From a virus (taxonomy: Duplodnaviria > Caudoviricetes), in IMG/VR virus record IMGVR_UViG_3300020458_000006, positions 1 through 47,882 of that record: a DNA stretch of 47,882 nucleotides. The stretch is one strand, 5' to 3'. The translations under genes were made by a program, and so were the position numbers. The notes beneath the pieces were generated by a model, which had not been told where the DNA came from, did not search any database, and saw only the letters and a program-made list of their open reading frames with translations. Below are positions 33,786 through 44,666 of this stretch, piece by piece. Position 1 is the stretch's first letter, and every line of letters begins with the position of its first letter.

Positions 33786-34390
33786 GCCTGAGTATCGATA
33801 AACGCCAGTTTGCCCAAGCCCGGAAGTTTATCCAGGGCACCGTGAAAGCTGCCGAGAAAGCACAGTTCCGGGCGGTGAACCGAGTGGCCTCAAAGTTCCG
33901 AACGGCAGCCAGCAAGGCTATCCGCGACCAGGTGCGCCTGCCAGCGGCCTACGTTAACGACAACCTCACCGTTACTCAAAAGGCGACGGAGCGAAACCCA
34001 GAAGCCGTCATTTCTGGCCGCAAGCGCCCCACCCGACTGGCCCGCTATGGCGCAAAGCAAATGGCCAGGGCTGCTCGCGGGGCGGCGGGTGACCAGCTGC
34101 GAGGCATTCCGTCCGGCAAAAAGCAGGCTGGTGTATCCGTAGCTGTGTCCCGCAAGGGCGGCCGCAAGAAGATGCGAGGCGCATTCCTGCTACCGCTGAA
34201 GAACTCCGGGGTTATGGGGGTGTTCGTTCGTACAGGCTCCGCCCGTGGCGACATCGAACACCTTTACGGCCCTTCGGTTGACCAGGTGTTCCGTGGGGTC
34301 CGGCGCGAACTGAAGCCAGAGATCAGCAAAGAGCTGGTGAAAGAGTATCGGGCCCAGCTCAACTACGCGATGCAGAAGGGGGGCCGGTAA
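33782..34390 (+). CDS. Tail completion protein (gpZ-like)
   Basis: Basic; RAVNRVA...LYGPSVDQVF. Confidence 0.8.
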   Translation: MSLSIDKRQFAQARKFIQGTVKAAEKAQFRAVNRVASKFRTAASKAIRDQVRLPAAYVNDNLTVTQKATERNPEAVISGRKRPTRLARYGAKQMARAARGAAGDQLRGIPSGKKQAGVSVAVSRKGGRKKMRGAFLLPLKNSGVMGVFVRTGSARGDIEHLYGPSVDQVFRGVRRELKPEISKELVKEYRAQLNYAMQKGGR

Positions 34391-34845
34391 TGTCCGCCAA
34401 AGGCACCGCCCTGGTTAACCGAATCATCGAGGAGCTGGAGCGAATCCGGCCAGAAAATGGCTTCCATACCAGTGCTGGAAACAAAGTAACCCGGGGCCGG
34501 CCAGAGTCGTTGCGGATCAACCAGGATGATCTGCCTCTAATCTCTGTCAGCACATCCTCCAACGCCCCAGGCGCCGCCAAGCCCAAAACGGTCATGAAGT
34601 CCCGGGAGGTGCTGGTCACCGGCATGGTTGACGCCAACGATCGGGACTACGAGCCAGAGCTGGACGAGCTGGACGAAGACATCACCATGGCCCTGGCATC
34701 GCTACTGGCTATGGATGCACTGCCAAACACTACCAATGTATCGATCTCCGGCGGCGATTACGTCCACCCGGAGTCTGGTTCAAACACCGCTGGTGTCACG
34801 CACACCATCACAATCAGCTACCCGCTGACCAAAAACGAGGGGTAA
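34390..34845 (+). CDS. Tail terminator-like protein
   Basis: LERIRPENGFHTSAG; position before the tube gene. Confidence 0.7.
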   Translation: MSAKGTALVNRIIEELERIRPENGFHTSAGNKVTRGRPESLRINQDDLPLISVSTSSNAPGAAKPKTVMKSREVLVTGMVDANDRDYEPELDELDEDITMALASLLAMDALPNTTNVSISGGDYVHPESGSNTAGVTHTITISYPLTKNEG

Positions 34846-34849
34846 TGCC

Positions 34850-35782
34850 ATGTCCTTGCAATCAACCACACGCGGTTACAAAGGCCGCGGCCGCTTCATC
34901 CTCAAGCCAATTGGCGGGGGTCGTCCATTTGAGCTGGGGAACGTCACCGGCTTCACCGAATCGATCGAAGTAGATCGTCAGTCCCGACAGGACTACACCA
35001 CTGCAGCTGGTGGAGAGCTGGACGTTGATGAAAACGTAACGTCCTTTACCTTCGAAGCCACCTGTAACGACATCACTCCGCGCAACATCGCGGCGGGCTT
35101 CCTGGCAAACATCGAGCAGATCGGCGCGCAGTCCATCTCTGATGAGATTGTCGAGTCCTGGTCTGGCACCCGTATCGGCTTCCGCTACCTGCCGGACCCG
35201 GATCAGGCTGTCAGCATCACCGTGGCCGACGACACCACATGGACAGCTACAACCGCGGTTGCAGCAGGCGCTGTGCTGGTTGACACCACCGAGGCCTATC
35301 TGGCCACAACTGGCGGCGAAACGGGTGCAACCGAACCAACATGGCCGACCGCAAACGGCACGGTCACCGATGGCACCGTTGTTTGGCAGCACATCGGCAA
35401 CGCCGCTCTCGTTGCTGGTGATGACTACGACCGCACCCCGCACGGCATCCGTGTTAAAGACACCCCGGTGAATATCGCCTACCCAGACGATGAAACCATG
35501 GTGCCGCTCAAGGCCACCTACGAGCGCAACCCTCAGTACCTGATTCAGGCGCTGGCGGCCTCGCAACAGTTGTTCGAGCTGCGCTGGGAAGGCCTCAACT
35601 CTGTTGATAGCGGTAACCCGCTGCACGCAACGTACTTCCGCGTGAAGCTCTCCCCAACTTCGGGCTTCCAGCGTCACGGTGGCGACGACTTCGCCGAGCT
35701 GACTCTGTCCGGCACCGTGCTGGCGGACGAAGGTCGCACCGGCGCTGGCCTAAGCAAGTTTGTCGAAATGGCGATGATCTAA
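34850..35782 (+). CDS. Major tail tube protein with inserted Thr/Trp-rich module
   Basis: YKGRG..LGNV..LRWEGLN..DFAELTLSGTVLAD; insert TWTATT...EPTWPT...TDGTVVW. Confidence 0.8.
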   Translation: MSLQSTTRGYKGRGRFILKPIGGGRPFELGNVTGFTESIEVDRQSRQDYTTAAGGELDVDENVTSFTFEATCNDITPRNIAAGFLANIEQIGAQSISDEIVESWSGTRIGFRYLPDPDQAVSITVADDTTWTATTAVAAGAVLVDTTEAYLATTGGETGATEPTWPTANGTVTDGTVVWQHIGNAALVAGDDYDRTPHGIRVKDTPVNIAYPDDETMVPLKATYERNPQYLIQALAASQQLFELRWEGLNSVDSGNPLHATYFRVKLSPTSGFQRHGGDDFAELTLSGTVLADEGRTGAGLSKFVEMAMI

Positions 35783-35803
35783 GCGGGGAGGCAATGAAAC
35801 CAC

Positions 35804-38800
35804 ATGGCCGGAGGAAATGACGAACGCGTCAACCTGCTGATTTCTGCAGCCGTCGATGGGCTCAAGAACGTAGAGGGCCTGATCAGCGATCTGCAAGAGC
35901 TGGAAAAATCCGGCCGTGTGGAGCTACCCGACAACTCCGCCGCCCTGCGCGAAGGCCTGGGGAAAACCTCAGAAGAAATGCAGGCGCTGGCGGGCCGCCT
36001 GACGGAGCTCCGGGAGCAGCAGGGGCTCGTCACTCAATTTGCAGAACTCAAGCGCGAAACCAAAGAGCTGGCCGAGCAGCAGCAGGCCGCGAAAGCCCGA
36101 GCCACCGAACTCGGCAAAGCGCTTGCACAAACCGAAGCACCCACCCGGGCCCAGGTACAGGAATTCGAACGCGCGAAGAAGGCCGCCCAAGGCGCGGACG
36201 AAGCCTGGATCTCCAATAACAGGCAGCTGAACGAACTCCGTGGTGAGATGGAAGCCGCCGGGATTAGCACCAAAGACCTGGCAGGCGAGCAGGTCAGAAT
36301 CCGGAAGGAGCTGGACGGAGTAAACACGCAGGCGGCCAGCCTGTCATCCGAGCTCACCGAAATGGGCCAGAGCGCCCAGCAGGCGGCCCCCGCCACAGAA
36401 GACGTGGCAGAAGCTGCAGAAGACCTCGGCGAAAAAGCCGACAAATCCAGCGGCCTACTCAGCAAACTCGGCTCCGGCCTCAAAACCGTAGCTGCCGGCG
36501 CCACTGCGCTGGTCGCGGGTATTGGCGCATCTGCCGCCACGCTCACTGTATTCTCCCGTGGCCAGGCCTCGCTGGCGGATGAGCTCACCAACACCGCCAA
36601 TGCCATCGGCGCAAACCGTGAAGCCCTGCAGGTCTGGCAGATCGCCGGCGAACGGGTGGGGCTGACTGGCGATAAAGTTGCGGACATTCTGCGCAGCGTA
36701 ACTGAGCGCCTGGGCGAATTCGGCGCTACGGGTGGTGGTGAAGCAGCTCAGGTAATGGAAGCGCTGAACCTCAAGATTGAGGACTTTCAGAACCTGCGAC
36801 CGGAAGAGCAGATGCTCAAGTTCGCGGCCGCAATCGAAAGCCTGCCCAAAGAGCAGCAGGTAGCCATGCTGGAAAAGCTGGCCAGCGATGCCAGCCAGTT
36901 GCAGCCCCTTCTGGAGAACAACGCCGCCGGCCTGAAAGCCATCCAGGCGGCTGCCGAGGAAGAAGGCGCCATCTACACCGATGAGGAGCTGGACAAGCTT
37001 CTCAAAGCCAATGACATCTACAACGACATCACCCTGAAGATTCAGGGCCTCACCCGCCGAATCGGTGCCGAGCTGGCCCCGGTGGTGGCCGACGCCACAG
37101 ACAAAGTGGTGGATCTGTTCGACCAGAACGAAATGGGCGAGAAGCTCATCGATCTGTTCAAGCGCCTGACCGACTGGGGCGCCGATATGGCGGCCAAACT
37201 GGTGGAGAACGCGGACAGCATCTCGGCAGGATTCGGCACGCTCTGGAACACGATTGAATCCGGCGCCAGTGGTGCCATGACCCTGTTCCGCGGACTGCAA
37301 ACGATCGTGTCCGGCTTTGTCACTCTGGTGTCGAGCAGCTTCGCTGGCATCTTGTCGATTGCTGAAGGCGTTGCATTCGCCATGAACAAGGTGGGGCTGG
37401 TCAGTGATCAGACCTACAACAACATCAGCGCCAAGGCCGGCGCCGCCCGGGACACCGTGGTCGATTTAGCCAAGCAGACAGCGGAGTACGGACGCAAAAC
37501 CGTTGAAGCCGGCAAAGGCGTTGTCGGTGCATTTGATGATGCTGCCGAATCTGGCAAGAAGCTCCAGGAAGAGACCGAGAAAGGAATCGGCACCCTCACC
37601 ACGCTGGCGGAGAATGTTGAAACTGCCGTCCGCAAAGCCGGTGATGAAACGACCAAAGCCGGGCAGAAAGCCAAGGATCTTGCCGACTCCTACGAAGTAC
37701 TCAATGTAAAAAGCCAACAGGCACTCAATGAGGCAGCAGATAAGGCCCAAGAGGCCTTTGAAAAAATACGTGCGAGCGGAACCGCAACCAAGGACAAAAT
37801 CGAAGAAACGTTCGCGGCATATGCCCAGAGCGTAATCGAGACCGGCGACAAGACCAGAATCAGCGCCCTGGAAGCGGAGGCTGCGCAACTCGGTCTGCGT
37901 GATGCCCTGAAAGAGGTGAAGGCGCAGGCCGAGGAATCCGGCAATGCCGCGAGCTCCAGCGCTGAAGATATCGCAACCAAGGCTGGCAACGCAGCCGATG
38001 AGACAAAGCGCCTGGCGGAGGAAACGAAAAAGGCCAAACAGGAAGCCGAGGAAGCCCGGGAGAAATTCAGGGAAGCTCTGGGGGCCGCATTCTCCAAGGC
38101 CATCTCAAATGCCCGGGAGCAAGTAACGGCACTTAGCGTAGCGGCCCGAAACTTGTTTGAAATGAAGATCGGCGGCAACGCCTTCGTGGCAGAGAGTGAA
38201 TCAGCCGCTGATGCCCTCGAGCGGGCTCGCCAGCGCACAGATGAACTGGCATCCGCCCGCCGTCGATTGATGTCCAGCAGCCTCGCGGCATGGTTCGCCG
38301 ATACCGCCCTGGCCGCCGCTGAGGTAGAGGAAAAGTTCTGGTCCCAGGCGGTGGCCATGGAGAACCTCCAGGGCAAGATCGATTCCGGCAGCTTCAGCCT
38401 TGATCAGCTCAACCGCCTGAGCGAAACCGCAGCCAACCGGTTTGACCTGCTGGACAAGCAGCGCCTTAGCGGCCTGCAAAGTGCGATCGACTCCGCCAAG
38501 CAGAAACTGCAGTCACTCACCGACACCGCAGACAACACCCTCAACAGCCTGCGCCAGCGGCTGGCTGATATCCGGGGCGACACCGAAGAAGCCCAACGAA
38601 TCCAATATGAGGCCGAACGAAAACGCCTGCAGGAACAGCTGGAACAGGCCCGGCAGGCCGGCGCCGATGAGGCCGCTGCCGACTACCAGCAATCCCTGGA
38701 CACCCTCGAAAAGATCTACCAGATCGAACAGAAGAACCGCCGGGAAGCCGAGAACGCCCGCGAGAAGGAGGCCGCCGATCGGGCGCGTGAGCAGCAGCTG

Positions 38801-38980
38801 GCGGAGATTGAGAGGCAGCGGGCTCAACGCGAACTGAGCCAGCCGACCACCTCCCAGGCCCGCACCGAAACGGTTAAGACCGTCAACGTCAATCTGGGAG
38901 GCCAAAGCTTTCGCGTGCTGGCCGATGATCAAGATGCCCTTCTGCGGGCCCTCGAAAACGCACGGAGTACCGCACTGTGA
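35804..38980 (+). CDS. Tape measure protein
   Basis: 1058 aa, Ala/Glu-rich helical, with hydrophobic segments. Confidence 0.9.
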   Translation: MAGGNDERVNLLISAAVDGLKNVEGLISDLQELEKSGRVELPDNSAALREGLGKTSEEMQALAGRLTELREQQGLVTQFAELKRETKELAEQQQAAKARATELGKALAQTEAPTRAQVQEFERAKKAAQGADEAWISNNRQLNELRGEMEAAGISTKDLAGEQVRIRKELDGVNTQAASLSSELTEMGQSAQQAAPATEDVAEAAEDLGEKADKSSGLLSKLGSGLKTVAAGATALVAGIGASAATLTVFSRGQASLADELTNTANAIGANREALQVWQIAGERVGLTGDKVADILRSVTERLGEFGATGGGEAAQVMEALNLKIEDFQNLRPEEQMLKFAAAIESLPKEQQVAMLEKLASDASQLQPLLENNAAGLKAIQAAAEEEGAIYTDEELDKLLKANDIYNDITLKIQGLTRRIGAELAPVVADATDKVVDLFDQNEMGEKLIDLFKRLTDWGADMAAKLVENADSISAGFGTLWNTIESGASGAMTLFRGLQTIVSGFVTLVSSSFAGILSIAEGVAFAMNKVGLVSDQTYNNISAKAGAARDTVVDLAKQTAEYGRKTVEAGKGVVGAFDDAAESGKKLQEETEKGIGTLTTLAENVETAVRKAGDETTKAGQKAKDLADSYEVLNVKSQQALNEAADKAQEAFEKIRASGTATKDKIEETFAAYAQSVIETGDKTRISALEAEAAQLGLRDALKEVKAQAEESGNAASSSAEDIATKAGNAADETKRLAEETKKAKQEAEEAREKFREALGAAFSKAISNAREQVTALSVAARNLFEMKIGGNAFVAESESAADALERARQRTDELASARRRLMSSSLAAWFADTALAAAEVEEKFWSQAVAMENLQGKIDSGSFSLDQLNRLSETAANRFDLLDKQRLSGLQSAIDSAKQKLQSLTDTADNTLNSLRQRLADIRGDTEEAQRIQYEAERKRLQEQLEQARQAGADEAAADYQQSLDTLEKIYQIEQKNRREAENAREKEAADRAREQQLAEIERQRAQRELSQPTTSQARTETVKTVNVNLGGQSFRVLADDQDALLRALENARSTAL

Positions 38981-39372
38981 TCACTCTATCCGATGGCACC
39001 AACACCGTAGAGCTGCCGGAAGATCTGAACTGGATAGACCGCACCTGGTCCCCGGTATCCCAAAGCTTCACCCGCAGCGTCACCGGCAAAGCCATCATTC
39101 AGGTGTCTGCGGCGCAGCTTGGCCAGCCGATCACACTGCAGGCGCCGGACCGGGGCGGCTGGATGCTGGCAACGAAAGAGCCCCAAATTCTTGCGTGGCA
39201 CAACGAGCCCGGCCAAAAGCTCACCCTCGATTTCCATGGCGAGACCCACACCGTTCAGTTCCGCCATCACGATGGCCTGGGCTACGAAAGCACGCCGCTG
39301 CGCTTCCAGATCAACCCCGGCCCAGACCACCGGGTAATTCCCACATTCCGATTCATCACCGTGGAGCCGTAA
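38977..39372 (+). CDS. Distal tail protein
   Basis: LPEDLNWID..WSPVSQ..GQPITL; directly after the tape measure gene. Confidence 0.7.
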   Translation: MITLSDGTNTVELPEDLNWIDRTWSPVSQSFTRSVTGKAIIQVSAAQLGQPITLQAPDRGGWMLATKEPQILAWHNEPGQKLTLDFHGETHTVQFRHHDGLGYESTPLRFQINPGPDHRVIPTFRFITVEP

Positions 39373-39375
39373 TCC

Positions 39376-42300
39376 ATGCCGATTCAAGAACAGAACATCA
39401 AATTCCTGGCCAGCCAGGTCATGGACGACGTACCCGAAGGCGGCGGCGCTGCCACCGGCAACGAAATCCCGGACGGGGTGATGAACAACGTATTCGAGGA
39501 CATCAGCGACCTCGACCGCGCCATGGGCCGGTTCAATCTGCGGAAGCTGTTTCTGGCCGTCCGAACCCTGAGCACCGACCTGTTCGGCGGCGCGAAAACC
39601 GTGGTGACGGCCCTGCCGGAAGATCCGGCCATCGGCTATACCCTGTTTACCACCAACGACCCGTTCGACACCCGAGAGCAGGCAGCGAACCGCGTGGAAG
39701 CCTATCTGTTCAAAGGCCCCATGTGGCACGGCGCCCTGTACGAAAACCACATCACCGGCATGCGTCAGATCCGGATCATCCAGCGCGACGAGAGCACCAC
39801 CCTGCCGCCGCGCGGGAAAACCCTCTGCCTCGTGCAGAACGAAGGCCAACCGGACGAAAAAGAGCAGTACGTGCGCGTGACCGAAGTCAGCTCCGAGATG
39901 CAGACCTTCACCGATGCCCAGGGCAACGATTTCCAGCGCCTGATCGTGTCCCTGGATCTTTCGGATGCCCTGCGCTACGACTTCACCGGCCACCAGGTTA
40001 ACAAACAGGACAGCTATAACTACGACACCGGCGCGCGCCTGCGGGATACCACCGTCGCCGATGCAACCCGCTACTTCGGGGCACAACGGCTGACCGCTGC
40101 CGCCAATATCGGCGACCTGAAACTGAAAGCCGCCTCCATGTTTACCCAGCTAGTACCCGCCGCCCAGAGCGAAGAACCGCTGGCAAACCAGCGCCTGAAC
40201 CCCGAACTGGTGCAAACCATCAGCGCAGGCAGCCGCGACGTGGAAGTGGCACAGCAGGCCCACACGCTGGCCCGCACTGTGACCGCCGAGAACCGCCGCC
40301 TGAACTGGATCGAAACCCTCGCGCCGGTACCCGCGCCCAACGCCCTGACCGTGAGCTATATGGCGCAAGGCAACTGGTACACCCTAATCGACGACGGAAA
40401 CGGCACCATCGCCGGCTCAGACCCCGGCTTCGGCACCGGCACCGTGGATTACACGAACGGCAACGTCAGCCTGACCACCGGCGCGCTGCCGGACGTAGGC
40501 AGCCAAGTGATCTACACCTACGGATCACCCGCCCACTACAAAGTCCGAAGCGGTACCGCCGCCGTGAACGTAGACCAGGCCATCTTTCCGTTCACCCTTC
40601 AGAACGCGCCGGCCATTCCCGCATCGCTGATTTTTAGCTGGACAGAAAACGGCGTCGAAAAAGCCGCGACCTGCGACGCCAGCGGGGCCATCACCGGAGA
40701 CGCCACCGGCACCCTGGACAGCTTCGACGGCACCGGCCAACTGATCTTTACGATCCTGCCCGACCGAGGCACCGTGCTGACCATTGATTACCAGTGGTAT
40801 GAAGCGGCCAACATGGGCGAGCAGGTGAAGGCACAGGAGACGCACCCGCAAAACACCAACATCACCCTGAACGCCACTCCGAAAGCCGACACCCTGCGCG
40901 TGAAGGTGCCGCTGACCGCCCCGAACGAACACCCTTTCAAGGGCAAGCAGCTGGCCCCGTTTGCCATTCAGCAGGGCGGCAATCTGGTGGTGCCCGAAGG
41001 AGCGGACGCCACGCCCGGGAGCTGGAGCAGCAACCAAAGCGAAACCGTGGCCGCCGACACCATCATCGGCACGATCAGCGGCAACACCATCACGCTGAAC
41101 GGCAACCCCGTACCCGTCAAAATTGAGTACAGCGGCTACGGCATGGCCGCCTGGTACACCCGCACCAGCACCAAAGACCTGCCGATCACGGCCGCCGCTG
41201 ATATGGCCTTTGAATACATCGTGGATGGCGTAAACACCAACTCGACCGCCGCCACCGACACGCAACCCATCGCCAGCCTACTGCTGGAACTGGCCCCGAA
41301 CACCATCGACCCCATCGTGCCCGAATCTGTACGGTTCAACCTCGGCGGCAAAACCTACGACGACCGCGACGGCAACCTGCTGACGGACATTGACCCCGAC
41401 ACCGGCAGCGGCCTGGTGGCAGGGAGCATCAATTACGGCGCGCGCACCGCTGAAATTACCTTCTGGCAGGACGCCACCGCCACCAACTTCACCATCACCA
41501 GCCTGCTGACCGTCTACGGCGAATGGACGGCCACCGAGGGCTTTTTCCGAACCCCCAGCGCCCCGCTGAAACCGGAAAGCCTGCAGATCATCGGCACCAC
41601 CGAGGACGGCGAGCAGATCATCGCCACCGCCAACCAGGACGGCGAATTTACCCACGAATGGCTGCAGGGCACGGTCAACTATACGTTCGGTACCGCCGCC
41701 GTCACCTTCGGCAAACTGGTGCCCGACAGTAGCCTGACCGCCGAGGAAAAAACCGAGTGGTGGTATGACCCCGCCAAGGTGGATGGCGACGGGAACATCT
41801 ACAAGCCCCGGCCGATGATCACCAGCACCCTGCGCTATAACGCCGTCGCCTTCAGCTATATCCCGCTGAACGCAGACATCGTGGGCATCGATGCCGTGCG
41901 CCTGCCCTCCGACGGCCGAGTACCGATCTACCGCCCCGGCGATGTGGTCATGGTGATGCACCCGCAGGAAACCGCGCCCCAGACCGTGACCAACGGCGGC
42001 ACCATCGCCACCCGCCCGCGCGTGGGCTGGATACGGGTGATTGACGCCAACGGCAACCAAGTGACCGACGGCTACACCCTGGACCGCGCCACCGGCACCG
42101 TGACCTTTGACGACACCACCGGCATCACCATGCCCATCACGGTAAAACACACGGTCGGCGACCTGCGCCTGGTGACTGACGTCCAGATCACCGGCGATAT
42201 CACCCTGAGCCGGCCCCTGACCCACAACTACCCGGCCAACGAGTCCATCGTCGCCAGCTGCCTGGTTCACGGAGACCGGCGCGCCCGGGTTTCCGCAACC

Positions 42301-42750
42301 TGGGATCAGCAAACTTGGACAGGTACATGGCAGGACACCATTGAAGGCGACGAGGCCACAGCCACCCTGAACACCATCGCACACCCTATCACTGTGACCA
42401 ACGAGGGGGCGGAAACCGAACGCTGGCTGCTGCGCTGGACCAACAGCACCAACGTGGAATTGATCGGCCAGCGGGTGGGCCTGGTATACAGCGGGCCGTT
42501 CACCGAGGACATCGCCCCGATCAACCCCCGCACCCGCGACGAGGAAGGTAACGGCGGAACCCCCTACCTGACCATACCCGTGGCAGCCAACGGGGGCGGC
42601 TGGAGTGCCGGCAATATTGTGCGTATTAACACCGTCGGCGCCTTGGCAGACTTCTGGATGGCCCGGGCAATTCAGCAGAGCGACGAGCCCCTGGACGATG
42701 GCGCAGACGGCTGCGAAATCCACGCCCTCGGCAACATAGACAGACCTTAA
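39376..42750 (+). CDS. Large tail tip structural protein
   Basis: 1124 aa, Thr/Gly beta-rich, repeated GTVDY/GSINY/GTVNY. Confidence 0.8.
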   Translation: MPIQEQNIKFLASQVMDDVPEGGGAATGNEIPDGVMNNVFEDISDLDRAMGRFNLRKLFLAVRTLSTDLFGGAKTVVTALPEDPAIGYTLFTTNDPFDTREQAANRVEAYLFKGPMWHGALYENHITGMRQIRIIQRDESTTLPPRGKTLCLVQNEGQPDEKEQYVRVTEVSSEMQTFTDAQGNDFQRLIVSLDLSDALRYDFTGHQVNKQDSYNYDTGARLRDTTVADATRYFGAQRLTAAANIGDLKLKAASMFTQLVPAAQSEEPLANQRLNPELVQTISAGSRDVEVAQQAHTLARTVTAENRRLNWIETLAPVPAPNALTVSYMAQGNWYTLIDDGNGTIAGSDPGFGTGTVDYTNGNVSLTTGALPDVGSQVIYTYGSPAHYKVRSGTAAVNVDQAIFPFTLQNAPAIPASLIFSWTENGVEKAATCDASGAITGDATGTLDSFDGTGQLIFTILPDRGTVLTIDYQWYEAANMGEQVKAQETHPQNTNITLNATPKADTLRVKVPLTAPNEHPFKGKQLAPFAIQQGGNLVVPEGADATPGSWSSNQSETVAADTIIGTISGNTITLNGNPVPVKIEYSGYGMAAWYTRTSTKDLPITAAADMAFEYIVDGVNTNSTAATDTQPIASLLLELAPNTIDPIVPESVRFNLGGKTYDDRDGNLLTDIDPDTGSGLVAGSINYGARTAEITFWQDATATNFTITSLLTVYGEWTATEGFFRTPSAPLKPESLQIIGTTEDGEQIIATANQDGEFTHEWLQGTVNYTFGTAAVTFGKLVPDSSLTAEEKTEWWYDPAKVDGDGNIYKPRPMITSTLRYNAVAFSYIPLNADIVGIDAVRLPSDGRVPIYRPGDVVMVMHPQETAPQTVTNGGTIATRPRVGWIRVIDANGNQVTDGYTLDRATGTVTFDDTTGITMPITVKHTVGDLRLVTDVQITGDITLSRPLTHNYPANESIVASCLVHGDRRARVSATWDQQTWTGTWQDTIEGDEATATLNTIAHPITVTNEGAETERWLLRWTNSTNVELIGQRVGLVYSGPFTEDIAPINPRTRDEEGNGGTPYLTIPVAANGGGWSAGNIVRINTVGALADFWMARAIQQSDEPLDDGADGCEIHALGNIDRP

Positions 42751-42762
42751 AGGAGAATACTG

Positions 42763-43938
42763 ATGGCAGTTCCAGATAACAGTACAGTTCGGTGGTTTCA
42801 TAGTGGGATGGCCGATGCACCCCAGCTCAACGGGCAGGCCGGCGATCTAATTGCCGTTTTGGATGCCTGCCTGATCAACGGCTTTGGCACCGCTGCGCCG
42901 GATGGCGACAAGATCACGATCAGCAATGGCGTGGCCACCGTGCATTTCAGCGGCGGCAACGACTTTGAAAAGCACGCCGTCATCGAAATCGCCGGGGCCA
43001 CCCCCGCAGCACTGAATGATGTATGGCGAGTGACCGGAGCCACCGCCACCACGTTTACCTTCGACTGCCCGGGCATACCCGACGGCAACGCCAGCGGCAG
43101 CATTAGCGTCAAGCGAGCAACACCGGGTTATTGGGAAAAACCCTATGGAGACGCGCTGAAAGGCGCATACCGATCCACACACCCAGAGGCGACTGGGATT
43201 TTTTTGCAGGTGGATCACAGCAGTTCTAGCGGAACCGTACCGGTTCGTGCTTACGAAACTATGACGGGCATTGATACAGGCGACAACCCGATCCCGACGT
43301 TTGACCAACAGGCGACCATGGTTTGGGTAGCCGTGCACATGTCGAGCAGTGCCTACCTACCGAACCCGTGGGCCATTGTGGCCGATGAAAGATGGATATT
43401 TTTCCTGCCCCTATGGAATGACAGCAACGGCTGCCAGCCTTTCCAGTTCGGGGACTTTAACAAGTTCGGGGCAAGCGATTTTTATAATCTCGCGTTCACC
43501 GCGTACAGGTCCAAAAGCTCCTACCCACAGAACAGCGGACAACAGCACCAGATCGGGAATAACTACGCCAACGGCACGTACCTAGCTCGCGGATTGCCCG
43601 GAATTTTGGCAGGGCCAGTTCCGTATTACCGTCTTGGCCCAGAAGTCTCCAACGCGATTGCCGGAGACCGACCTTACCCGCACCCGGCAACAGGAGGGCA
43701 CCTCTTCTTTGGACCACTAGTCGTATACGACGGAAGCACCGAACGTGGCACGGTTCCCGGGCTATATACGTCACCTAATGACGATACAGCCTTAGGGCCA
43801 AACGCGAGTTTCGGACTGTTTGAGGCCATAGATCCAATAGAGGCCACCGACCCGGCCATGCTACTGGTCGCCTTGCCGCAGGTTTCATACAACAAAAAAG
43901 GCGTTGCCGGATTCGATATATGGGGGCCTTGGCGATGA
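42763..43938 (+). CDS. Tail/receptor-binding structural protein
   Basis: APQLNGQAGDLIAVLDACLINGFG N-terminus; compositionally distinct C-half. Confidence 0.7.
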   Translation: MAVPDNSTVRWFHSGMADAPQLNGQAGDLIAVLDACLINGFGTAAPDGDKITISNGVATVHFSGGNDFEKHAVIEIAGATPAALNDVWRVTGATATTFTFDCPGIPDGNASGSISVKRATPGYWEKPYGDALKGAYRSTHPEATGIFLQVDHSSSSGTVPVRAYETMTGIDTGDNPIPTFDQQATMVWVAVHMSSSAYLPNPWAIVADERWIFFLPLWNDSNGCQPFQFGDFNKFGASDFYNLAFTAYRSKSSYPQNSGQQHQIGNNYANGTYLARGLPGILAGPVPYYRLGPEVSNAIAGDRPYPHPATGGHLFFGPLVVYDGSTERGTVPGLYTSPNDDTALGPNASFGLFEAIDPIEATDPAMLLVALPQVSYNKKGVAGFDIWGPWR

Positions 43939-44252
43939 TCACCCGTCTGACAGTTTTTTTAAAACACAGTACCGCCGCTGCAGGTAACAACCAGAAAATC
44001 AAAGGAACGGTTTTAGATCAGGCCGGAAACCCGCAAGCAAGGAGCTTGCTGCTTATGAAAGAGAGCGGCGCAGTCGCCGGCAATCTGGCCCCTCCCATTT
44101 ACCAGCAGATGAGACTCGGCAGATCTGATATAAACGGCGAGTGGGTATTTCCAAACCTGTACCCGGGATATTACACCGTGATTGCTTACGACAGCACCGG
44201 GCAGTACGACCCCGCAATCAAAGCCGGCCTGATTCCCGAGACTATGGAGTAA
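43935..44252 (+). CDS. Small beta-sandwich tail protein
   Basis: IKGTVLDQAG...SDINGEWVFPNL..YTVIAYD..YDP. Confidence 0.65.
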   Translation: MITRLTVFLKHSTAAAGNNQKIKGTVLDQAGNPQARSLLLMKESGAVAGNLAPPIYQQMRLGRSDINGEWVFPNLYPGYYTVIAYDSTGQYDPAIKAGLIPETME

Positions 44253-44255
44253 CGC

Positions 44256-44663
44256 ATGGCACTGATCCTATCCCCCGCCCATGAAGCGGCACGACAGGAA
44301 GCGGCACGACTGCCGGCCCTTCAGGAAAGCCACGCCCGGCTGATCGCCAGCCCGGGGGAAGCCGTCATTCAGCTATTCGAGGGCACTCCGGACACCGGCA
44401 CCCTGATCGCCGAGCTGGCCATGCCAGCGGACGCTCTGAGCCTGGACGCCGAGAACGTGCAGATCCAGACCACCGCCGCCATCGAGGGGCAGGTGACGAC
44501 AGCAGGAACCGCCGACAACGCCCGGATTCTGGACGGTGCGGGCGCCTGGTGGGGAGATGCTACAGTGAGCGACGAGGCCGGCAGCGGCGATATCAAGTTG
44601 CAAGACAATGCTCTACAGGCCGGCGCTTTTGCCCGGATCACCAGCGCCACTTTTCAGGGCTAA
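44256..44663 (+). CDS. Virion structural protein
   Basis: GTADNARILDGAG..VSDEAGSGDI; tail context. Confidence 0.65.
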   Translation: MALILSPAHEAARQEAARLPALQESHARLIASPGEAVIQLFEGTPDTGTLIAELAMPADALSLDAENVQIQTTAAIEGQVTTAGTADNARILDGAGAWWGDATVSDEAGSGDIKLQDNALQAGAFARITSATFQG

Positions 44664-44666
44664 ACC

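Noticed and set aside
41278-42801. Long antisense ORFs (also 5596..7005, 29120..30025, 38986..40086)
   Set aside because: Shadow frames of GC3-rich real genes
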